31,941 nt of DNA from Trichoplax adhaerens (Eukaryota; Animalia; Placozoa). Positions 21,601-31,941 of the stretch are shown here, piece after piece. The notes below the pieces were generated by a model. That model saw only the letters and a list, made by a program, of their open reading frames with translations. It made no database searches and had not been told where the DNA came from. Positions within the stretch are counted from its first letter, which is position 1; each line of letters starts with the position of its first letter. The position numbers were made by a program, and so were the translations under genes. The DNA is taken from assembly GCF_000150275.1 (NCBI RefSeq), contig NW_002060953.1:1636864-1668804 (forward strand), written 5' to 3'.

Positions 21601-24600
21601 AAGTCAGATTTCTAATCCATGCTCATCTACTTGTCAACCTGGTAGCTATTATCAATACCTAACGAATCTTACATGCTGTTGGAAGTGCATTTCTTGTCCG
21701 CTCGGAACAGTCAATAATCAATCACAGTCGTCAAGTTGTTTTTCTTGTCCTTTAGGAAGCTTAGCGAATCGACAACGAACGCAATGTCATCTGATCGAGC
21801 CCTACGAATTGACATTTTATAGTATACAGAATGTAATCATGTTAATTTATCTTAGTCTAGGCGCTGTTTGTACAGTATTTACTTGGATTGTAATTATTCT
21901 ATATCGTCATACAGCAGTAGTTAAAGCTTCTGATTTTATGTTGTCACAAATGTTTCTGCTTGGTATTCTGATGTGTATGTCTACTGCAGTTTCTTTTGCT
22001 GCTCCAGTTTCAATGCTTAATTGCTCCGTCGGTTTTATCTGGTTTTGTACATCCGTCGTATTTATTGTGTCCATCATTTTTGTTAAAACTAATCGAGTTT
22101 CTAGAGTATTCGAGTCAGGTTTTGTGAAGTCCTTTAAGACAAGAGTATATCTTAGCTATCAAGGACCCGCTATATTAGTCGTCTTTCTGACCGTAATACA
22201 AATAGCAATCTGTTTTATCGCCAATTATTTCGATCCTATTCAAGTTAATCGACTTGTAATATCTGAAGATATAGTTTATTTGCAATGTCGATCTAATACT
22301 CGTATTGGATATGCAATCGCGATTGGCTATTTTTCTGTTCTTTGTATTTGCTGTGTTTATTGGGCATTTAAAACACGTAAATTACCAGAAAATTTTTGTG
22401 AAGCAAAATATATTAATTTTACTTCTTTAATCATACTTATGTCTTTGCTAACTATGGTTCCGTCTTATTTCGGAACAGCGGGGCCTATTCAGGCAGCAAT
22501 ATCATCATTTGGTATAATCACGTTAGCCTTAGCTATTTTGCTTTGTATGTTTAGTCCAAAGTTGTATATAATTTTACTCCATCCAGAACAGAATACTCGT
22601 GAAAATATTATAGTGGATATAGCAAATTATTCCTTTAATCAAGCTGGAACCCTTACCAAGAGTAGACAAAAATTGGTACATGTAGGACGTACAACGTCTG
22701 GAATTTCCCCACATCAGTCGGAAGTTTTGGAAATGACATCGGGAATAAGTAAAGAAAGAATAAACCAAATCTATTCATCTTGATTACAAAATTTACAACT
22801 GCAAGAGTTATAAACGAACGCCGCTTATATATAATGAGTAATTGCAACCATAAACTTGAGTAAGAACTATTGCATCTATTGCACATTGGTTGCCATACTG
22901 CATCTCTTTCATGAATTGTCTAATAAATGGCTGTAACATCATTACATGTGGCAATAGCTACATTTCTGACCCAAATAGCTACATTAATTCTGAAGCATAT
23001 TATGTAATTAATTATTGTTAATTAGCTTAAGAGTGCTAAATTTATATATTTTAAGATCCAAGAATAATTTTCTGGTTGTACTAATCGTCGAATAACTATT
23101 TTGGTCCTTTACTTTCCATGATACAAATTATTGTAGTTATTCAAATGTAATTTTAAATCGATTCGATTATGAGTTTTTTTGGATTATGTTAGGCATCTAA
23201 GAATCAGAATATTTAAATGGAAACTTAACTAGGATGGATGAAAGGCCACTTTAGTTCAACTTGTGTCAATGTTTGTAATTAGCTCTTTCTACGGTAGTGA
23301 GTATTTCAGTGCAAGTCAAAGTTAAAGCGGTTAATAAGCTAATAGGCTAAGTCATTTTTGAAATCTTTTTCTGATATGTTTTGTCGCAATTCTATCCAGA
23401 TATTGAATAACTCATTTACTCACGGTTTAAATTTTGAGCATTTGATTTTATTTCTTCTCCCATAAAATTAGCTAATTGTTTCTGGTTGATTGAATCAAAC
23501 CAGCAATTTCAGTGTTACATCGTGTTTAGAAATGTATCACATCGTAATATCTTGATTATAATTGTCATAAACCGACTAATGTAAACGTAATAAGTCAATT
23601 TTATAATTATATCACTTAAGAAATCAGCTGAATAAAAGCTCGAGTGATTCAAAAATCTAGCGATCTAGTAGCTTATTAGCGTAAAGTTTTATCATTTTAC
23701 AGTTTACACCGTATACGAGAATTGGAGTGGAGCTCTATCTTGTAGAAAGTAGGAATTGCATTATAGACTAGAAAAGTAAAGAACTATAAAGACTGCGTAC
23801 ATGAAATCTAATTTCTATACTTAATCTGTAATAGTAATAGGCAACGAATACTTGTAGTATGAAAACAAAATATGAGGGATCGAGTGATTAAGAGTTATTG
23901 ATAATGTCTTTACAAATACATTCCGTGATGACGAAAGGTGTACAAGGAAAATGATTGTCATCTTAACATTTAGAAAAATGTAGAAATAGTTTAATTGAAT
24001 CTTTGTTGTTATTAATAATACATAACAATTTGTGCTTGAATAGTTTAAAACTAATTAATAATCACATTTTAAGTTTATTTTAATGTATACTACAGAGAGT
24101 GGCGTTATGACTAATTATCGTTATGTTAATAATAGAAATTTTCCATTATTAATATTAGTTAGTTAGCTAGCGCGGTAAATAGACCGATGTGACTTAATGT
24201 ACTGTAATTGGGAAGAGGCCAACTACTTTACAGGCGTTAGACATTGTATTAAGCAGATTGATTCGTACTGTAAAATAAAGTGATAACCTATGTAAGAAAA
24301 TATCTTCTGTAAATCTTCTGTTAATATGTCGAAAATAGATTAAAGGAAACTTTCAAGCTTAAGGTTCTCTAAATTCGATTTGTGCTTTAATAATCTATGC
24401 GTACTATTCTTACAACAAGGACTGCGCTCTACAATAAGCCTAATTTTTAATTTCTACTTGCCAAAGAAAATTTTTGAGAGAATTAATTTAGACTAAAAAG
24501 AATCTTACGAGATATTATCACAAAGCAATACATTGTGTTAAGTATAAAGTAACTAATCAAGATAGGAATTTAATCGACTTTAACAACGAACCAGTATATG

Positions 24601-25640
24601 TTTACCATGATAAATAATTTTAATTGGACAGCTGCTATGAATATATATTAATCTTAATAAATTAGCAGGTGTTAAGCGATATAACTGCAAGGTGCTATGG
24701 CTAGCAACTAGCAACATCATTAAGGAGATATACCACTAATAAAAAGAGGATATTTTCATTCGTTATACTCTTAGAGTAATCTTTAAGGTCAAACACTCCC
24801 TAGCAACAGTAATTTAATTGATTTAAAGAAAGAGTAAACTACTGAGATGAGCGTAGAGTAGAATAGACTTCTTTGAGCTCAGGATACTTTAAATTAGATT
24901 CTCGTCGTCATAAATTATTGCTCCATTATTATTAAATATTGTAATAAATGCCTCTATATTTAAATTTTTTCTACCTGAGGCAATTACTTTGTCCAAGTTC
25001 GATTAGAACGAATAGTTATGAGATGATTTTATTACAAATTTATTGATTTACACGATGTAATATACGATGGAATAGTAACTTGGCAAGACAAGTAATTGTA
25101 GCTAACTCTATCAAAGTCTTTGTTGCTACTGAATAGAAATTTCCTTTAAAATCTTACGCTCATTTTATTACATTGCACTGTACAGATCCTACTACATTAA
25201 GATCTATATTCATCCCTCATTTGATGACAAAATAGGAGAAAAGGATTATTCAGTGCATTTTTGAATTGGTCTTGCAACTCTAGCAAAGAGCGAAATTGTT
25301 CTGTTAGATGTCAGACAAGTCGTACGTAGACAACTTAATTCACTATGTTCACGCTTTGAATTCATCGATGTCCTTTTTTCATCTATTACTCTATATCGCT
25401 ATGCTTTACTATTCCATCGAAATGCTATTCTATACTTTATTAATAAATATGATATGATGTAATTATAGATAATCCCCCACCCTGTCCAAAAAAGAGTTTG
25501 AAGAAGTTATCGTTAAGAATTATTGTAAATCTTGGCAGCAATGAATGCATTCAATTAGAAAATAATATGTCGTTTAGTATTTTTATCTAACATTGTATGA
25601 TTAATGGAGGACCGATTTACTTAATTTTTTCTGTATTGAT
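18640..25640 (+). repeat. Tandem segmental duplication unit, copy 2
   Basis: Colinear with 10970-18640 apart from the LTR element and several 100-400 bp indels. Similarity ends near 25640 (ACCGATTTACT shared at ~18609 and ~25611). Confidence 0.85.
20024..22783 (+). CDS. Intact intronless class C GPCR, 919 aa, subfamily B
   Basis: Signal-like segment; [56 protein letters not shown]; 9-Cys domain CSSTCQPG...CCWKCISC...CFSC...C; 7TM with [44 protein letters not shown]. Confidence 0.97.
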   Translation: [919 protein letters not shown]

Positions 25641-26089
25641 AAGATAAAATTTTTAATATTTGATAGTTAAAGTTAACAGCTTTTGAAAGAACGATAGCTG
25701 TTATGGAATTTTAATACCTTAGATTGCGTCATTTTAATATTAGTTGACTCGAGATCCAAATTTGCAGGACAAAGCCGGAAGAAAATTCCATATCATTCGA
25801 TTTCTGATTTCTTAACGTTTCTATTATCAATTCGTATACACAAAAGATCAAGAGGACCTTTATCTTTTTGATCGTTATACTTAACCGTTTCGTTAAAACT
25901 ATTGTACCGTAGGTATATTATAGAATTTTTGCATATAATAATAATACCTACGCTTAGCATTAATAATGACAGCATAGGTGATATTCAGTTATCATTTTAC
26001 AGTTGGCATTAGTAACGGTACATCTACTGTTTTAACCCTTATACTGGCTCTCTCTTTAATCTTTTCAATAAATGCAATAAAAACCGGTT

Positions 26090-26477
26090 TGTAGGAAAAT
26101 TAGAGTACGCTTAGCCTCGAGTAAATAGGACAGTATGTTTGAGGTGTTAATGGCGCTCTATCAGGTGTTATAGGCCTAGCGGATTGTTAGTGGATAATAC
26201 TAGGGATGTTAGTTGTACGGTTAAGTGGGACTGCATGGCGTCTTGAAGAGGCACTGGCACATCTCAATAGATGGTATATGATTGGCCAAAGAGAGGGAAG
26301 ACAATCATATGTAGCTTGGTGTCTTGCACTTGCAAAACCGTATTAAATATGCATTGGATTAAGGAATAGTATAGGAAGCTAAAATAAGAGATTAGTTAAA
26401 TTGACTGAAATACAGAGAGGCCAAATCTTTCCTTGTGCAACTAGATACTGTAAGGTTGGAAATAGTTCAATATTACG
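26090..26477 (+). mobile_element. Degenerate solo LTR (388 bp)
   Basis: Interrupts the GPCR pseudogene between signal peptide and VFT; ends TGTAG...ATATTACG (CA>CG); decayed TSD CGGTT/CGGCG; 3' end (TTCCTTGTGCAACTAGATACTGT...GGAAA...ATATTAC) resembles the reverse complement of 27814-27860. Confidence 0.65.
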
Positions 26478-27191
26478 CGGCGTTTAAAAGATAGTCAAAT
26501 AGTTCTTAGTGGAATATTTCCAATCCATAGAAGTTGTGATCAGAAAATACAGCGATACAATATCATTGACTAGCAACATTTCATTAACGTGCATGGAATG
26601 ATATTTGCCATTAAAGAAATTAATAATAATCCAAATTTACTGCTTAATATTACGCTAGGTTATAGCATACGTAATGGATATAATGATAGCCATATCGCTA
26701 TTAGCGAAGCGTTGGATTTATTGTTTCAGTTTACAAAGATAAGTCCTATCTAGAAAATGCTAGTAATCGATGCTCTTTCTTAGCTTGCTCAGACTATATG
26801 ATATCCTCTACTACTGCTGCAGTTACAGAACTTGACATTAGTAACCAATTAGCAGGTATTATTGGGACTCAAAATTCCCGTAGAAACTTTGATATTCAAG
26901 AAACTTCGAAAGTTGCCGATACAGCGCAAATTAGTTACAGTGCCAAGGGTGATAATTACTTGAGAAAGCAAATATTTTCAACAATTTTTCGAATTATTAC
27001 CTTTGTATTTCATTACCCCAAATGATAGCGTCAATTTTAGTCAATATAAATTGGAATTTACTTAACCTACTGTCACATATTACTGATAGCGATGATATTC
27101 ATCAGCAAATTGTCAATCATTTTAAAGCAAGGAATACAGGCTCACTTTTCAGAAAGTATTTCACGAGTAAAGGAGAAAATAAGTAATGCCA

Positions 27192-27724
27192 TGTCACAAC
27201 GTCGTTTGTAGTAAAAGTAACTAATTTTATTCCTAGCGTAACCGCTCTACCGTAATATACCGTTGCTAATAAGCTTCACTAACTCGACCAGCTCAGTATA
27301 CGACCTTATTCAGCAATGAGTATATCCAGATAACTTCATAAATCCTCTTTATTCGAACGATAGAATATACTACTAGGCAATGTAATATCAGAACTGCTTC
27401 TATGATTAAAGGTACGCTCTTATATACCTGTGCCAGTTTCCATCGGCATAATTCTATTTACAATATACTTGATTTTGTATAACATATATTTATGATAGTC
27501 AGTATAGAATAAATATATGTAATTTAATATTGAGTGTTTACTACTCTTACTCCAATTAACAAATCAACTAGACTTGTTACTAAACAACTCACTAATCAAG
27601 TGTGACAATCTTTATCACACATTCATTAATGGAAATCCATTAACGACTTAACTTATCACAACTCTACTTTAGGAAAAATATGAATAAATATCTTTTTTAT
27701 TTACGGTAATGATGAACAGTAACA
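27192..27724 (-). mobile_element. Solo-LTR-like insert (533 bp), family shared with 30222-30842
   Basis: Removing it restores AGT AAT GCC TTG TCT AAA ATT AAA (SNALSKIK; paralog SEAVSKIK). Ends TGTCAC...GTAACA; TSD TGCCA/TGCCT; minus-strand TATA (~27420) then AATAAA (27348-27353). Confidence 0.8.
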
Positions 27725-27813
27725 TGCCTTGTCTAAAATTAAAAAATGTCAAGCCAAAGTCGTTAACATTTCAGCTTCTGATCATACCCTAACGGAAATA
27801 ATTAACTGGTAAC

Positions 27814-28338
27814 TGTAATATCGTTTCCACAGTAATTTTAGTCCACAGAGGAATCCAGTACTATAAAAGCTTTTTATTACAAGGTTCTAAAGAATAGTAC
27901 AGCAATAATTAATTACTCACAAGAATCTAGTCTAAAGTAATCTGAGCTCAATTAGATATCAAATCTTTTCTCCTCCTTTACGCTCAGATTTGTACACCTT
28001 ATATACTTTTCTCTGAATCTATTTAAGGCAATAACATCGTCTACAATCAGACATGAATCATCACTACATTTTACAGTATTAATCAAACTGCTACAATATT
28101 ATTACTTTACCATTAATGTCCAACACCGTAAGGTATTGGGCATCTTTACAATCTTAGTATTTCAAGTCGTATAACGTCCTGTACCATAATTAGTTAACAG
28201 CTATATTAGTGAATAACACTTTCTAATATAGTAGTTACCAGTCACCTAAATCTAGCAGCACAAGAATATCTATTTTTAGAAACTTAACTATTCTAAATAT
28301 AGTACGCAACACAAGCAAATCTAGGGTGCATCACTACA
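27814..28338 (-). mobile_element. Solo LTR (525 bp), related to the 14085 LTR
   Basis: TGTAATA...CACTACA with perfect TSD GTAAC (27809-27813, 28339-28343); removal restores ACTGGTAACACAATAATT (paralog ACCGGTAAGACAATTATT); the minus strand begins TGTAGTG like the 14085 LTR and has TATA then AATAAA. Confidence 0.88.
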
Positions 28339-30221
28339 GTAACACAATAATTAAAATAGGCAACTTATGAAACCAGTTATTTTTTACCAATAGAGATCTA
28401 CTAGCAGGGTTAATCTGTATATCATAAAACAATACCTATCAACATTCTCTTGGCGTATCTCACGTTCAGAATAAGGTAAAAGTACTAATACATACAATCC
28501 ATAAGATATTAAAATGCAATAACAGTCCTTGTCAACGTTAAATAATCAATAATCCATCGTTTAGAAAACAAGTCAAAGAAAATTTGTATCGGATATCCTT
28601 TGAAGGCAAATCAACACCTTTATTTCCATTTAATAAGAAAGGAAATCCTCGTTATATTACTTACATCCTCGTTACCTTAAAATCTCAGAGTGGGCAGGCC
28701 AATATATATTATATTGTCTTTGTTGGTACATGGAAGAGTCAAAATTTTCCCTTATTACAGGTTAACGATGATACTGACATTGAATTGGGATCCTATTCTA
28801 ATTTAAGTCAGATTTCTGGTCCACATTCATCAACTTGCCAACCTGGTAGCTATTATCAATTCATTGCAATTCGGACATGTTGTTGGAAATATATTGCTTG
28901 TCCTCTTGGAGCTGCCAACAATCAATCAGTCACCAACTTGTCATGCTTGTCCATTAGTAAGTTTGCCAACGCAGTACAAAAATAATGGTATAATCTTGTT
29001 CACGTATCTTATCCTAACTATTATCATACCGTCTTGACTTGGATCGTGATTATTCATTATTATCATACAGCAATTGTCAAAACTTCCAATTTTATATTGT
29101 CGCAAATGTTTCTACTAGGCATTCTCATGTGTATATTGGTGGCAGTTCCATTTGCTGCACCAGTTACAATTATTAAATTGCTCGATAGGTTATATCTGAT
29201 TTTGTACATCAATTACTTATGTTATGTCGATCATCTTTGTTTAAACCAATAGGTTTTCTAGTGTTTTTGAGGCAGATTTCGTAAAATCTTTCGAAGCGAG
29301 AGCGTATCTTGGCCATCGTGGGTTCATTCTCGTGGCAATATTTTTAACTTTGATACAAATAGCGATATGTTTTATCGCTAATTATTACGATTCTATTAAA
29401 GTTCATCGCTATTTTATACCAAAAAACATAGTTTATCAACGATATCGGTCGAATACTCTCGTTGAATCTGCAATTACAATTGATTATTTCTCTATACTTT
29501 GTATTTCTAACGCTTATTGAGCATTTAAGGCAAGAAAGTTGCTAGATAACTATTGTGAAGCGGAAAACATAAACTTTACTTCTTTCATGATTCTCATGAC
29601 TTTATTAACCATGGTTCCGTGGTATCTTGGCACGGTGCGGCCCATTCAAGTGCCGATATTACTATTTAGTATTGTCATCTTTGCCTTGACTATTTTGCTT
29701 TGCTTGTTTACTCAAAAGCTATACATTTTTTATTCCACCCAGAACTCAATACTCGTGAACATGTTATGACCAATATAGCTAATTTATACTTCAGCTGGAA
29801 GCTGTGGAATCAATGAGGGGAACAATATTCACGTAGGCCTCAAGATCGGCGTAAATTCATTCAGTTCCACCAAAGTTTCGAATGTAATGCAAGATATAAC
29901 GAATGATAAAGTAGAGTAAGATTAATTTACAAGCTATACGAAATTAAGTAGGCATAGAATTTAGAGTTAACAGGTAGGTTAGGTTATAAATATATCAAGA
30001 ATAATCGTAACTGCCTCTATTGTAGTGTTTCACGGATTGATCTAGAGTAGATTCAAATGCCTTAGTTATTAAATTATGCCACGTTGGTTTTGGTCGATTA
30101 TCTTCGTATAGAAAACCAAATATCCTGGCTTTAAGTTTATTTCTTTATATAATACTTTAATTAGATAAAAAAATCGAAACTTATACATTTGAAGAACAAG
30201 CTATTGATAATGATAATGTCT

Positions 30222-30842
30222 TGTCACAACGTCGTTTGGAGCAATCAAATTCCCGTTCCACACTTATCCTACTCTCTTCTATCGTACAGTAAAACCGCAA
30301 CCAAGCGTCACTACTCGCTCTACTTTAGCTAAGGGCCTCAGTCAACAGTAAAAGGCGGGCTAGAAGTGTTTGGATAAATTTACTAAACTAACTTTATTAG
30401 GTCTGCGTATTTTCCTCCTCCTCAGCGAGGTAAATTACAACCCTTTATATACTTGTACCAAATCTACACCTTTACAACCTGTTAATTATTCTTATACATA
30501 ACTTAGTCTTTTCTATAGCTTTATAATCCTCTTAATTACTATCGGACAAATATGTGTTAATTAATATTATGCGCTAATAATATTATAGCCCCAATCAACA
30601 ACTTAAATCCGTTTAAGATCTAACAGATTCCTACAAATGTGACAACCACCATTTTAGCGATTACACGTCATTGGCATATTAAGTACCTTACTTCTACACA
30701 TTCGATAACGGAAGTCCATTAACGATTGAACCTCACAATTTTTCAACAGATCATAATATTTACAATTATCTAAACTGAACCGTCTACTTCTACTTTAATA
30801 ACATTATCACATTGTTAATTAATAATATCTTAAACCGAAGCA
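30222..30842 (-). mobile_element. Solo-LTR-like insert (621 bp), family shared with 27192-27724
   Basis: Shares the 17-bp end TGTCACAACGTCGTTTG, similarly placed TTTATT and TTATATAC.TGT.CCA, internal TGTGACA and the GGAA.TCCATTAACGA block; TSD TGTCT (30217-30221, 30843-30847). Confidence 0.75.
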
Positions 30843-31941
30843 TGTCTTAATTATCATGGAAGAATTATACGAACGCTAACATTTAATAGTAACTGGTGCA
30901 CAATTAAATACAGCATTGATTCAATTTAATCGCGAATTCAAGGACGATGTGTAATTTCAAATTCTAAAAGTAGGAATTCTTAATTCAAATATGGATAAAG
31001 TTTGGGTTAATTTCATTCTTCACTTTTAAATAATCCCTTTTGGTTGAGTAAAAATTTAATAAAAGTTGCAATTTAAACCATTTAATTTTAGTCTTACTCA
31101 CCGTAGCCAAGCATCAACATGGATTAACATATAGGTCCGATTACTTTTATCTGAAGTATTTTATAAAAGTATGATTAGATATAAGTTAAAAAAGTAATAG
31201 TAATTTGATGACAGTTGATAATCATTAAAAGTTTAAGTAGCTTCACTAAAATTGACAGCTGGCAGATATTCTTTAGAATCATAGACCTATCTGAGTATGT
31301 TTTGTCTACCAGTGCATGTAGCAGTTATAGTAACATTGATTTGATATAAAACCCGTAATAGTCTGTTCTATTGCGAATTTTTTCGCAAATGTAATTCGAT
31401 TTAGCCCAACGAAATGATTTTTCTTTACATATTTCCTGCTTAAAAAACTCAGAAAATACGGTAATTTATTCAATTTGTTTTACGGTGATCTATTTGATAC
31501 GTAATAAGTTGCGCATAGTTGGAGAAGCAGGTTTACTACTCTACAATATGATATCGATGATAAACTCTCGCTTACTTAGGTCACTCTATTATATATTTTT
31601 GATTCATCTCAATCAAGCAGTCAATTTACAGGCTGTACTGTATCTTATAAATATATCTTTAGTCTATTGATTCGACACGATATATTAAATATTTTAATTT
31701 CGTTTTCTTTACTCTTTGTGTTTATAAATTGCTAGCGTAGCCTGATCTCTTTGTATAACTTTGAATGATGTTTTACCTCATGAGTTATAACTCGTAAAGT
31801 GTCAAAAAATGTTTAACATAATTACTTTTAACTTAATTCATTTACTCAGTGTAAAGGGTACAGTAGATTATGAAACTGAAAACAATATTATTTATACATT
31901 TATTTAAGATATTACAGTACTCAGAGCCAGTTTTATTCCCG

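Larger units (their letters stand above)
25966..29919 (+). pseudogene. Decayed class C GPCR pseudogene, subfamily B, with multiple stops, frameshifts, deletions and three solo-LTR-like inserts
   Basis: MTA*VIFSYHFTVGISNGTSTVLTLILALSLIFSINAIKTG (25966-) matches the paralog signal region; DSQIVLSGIFPIH...MIFAIKEINNNPNLLLNITLGYSIRNG (~26490-26680); ORF fragments 26798, 28584, 29034, 29332 and 29539 all match the paralog in order. Confidence 0.93.

Noticed and set aside
30021-30030. TGTAGTGTTT identical to the start of the 14085 LTR
   Set aside because: Similarity stops after 10 bp, and I found no matching CA end or TSD.

Overview
AT-rich eukaryotic (animal) genomic DNA holding a tandem cluster of six intronless class C GPCR genes (Venus flytrap + nine-cysteine domain + 7TM; CaSR/V2R/mGluR-like) in two divergently transcribed subfamilies. 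The minus-strand subfamily has a partial gene (1-375, cut by an assembly gap), an intact gene (1192-3966) and a gene with a 1-bp frameshift after TM7 (6450-9241). The plus-strand subfamily has a disrupted gene (12289-16358), its intact duplicate (20024-22783) and a decayed pseudogene (25966-29919). A placozoan or other early-branching invertebrate source is my guess and is not provable from the window. The standout feature is a Ty3/Gypsy (Mag-like) LTR retrotransposon at 14085-15411, with a 5-bp TSD GTATA, a 458-bp 5' LTR and a tRNA-Ser PBS, inserted exactly at the ectodomain/TM1 boundary of the plus-strand gene at 12289. An internal deletion removed pol and all but 14 bp of the 3' LTR. This leaves an uninterrupted 600-aa ORF downstream of the LTR that fuses Gag (capsid + two zinc knuckles) in frame to the complete GPCR 7TM domain. 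Four more solo-LTR-like inserts, a ~1.7-kb near-identity (probable gene conversion) tract, and loss of the canonical amino-acid-binding residues in the receptors are also visible.
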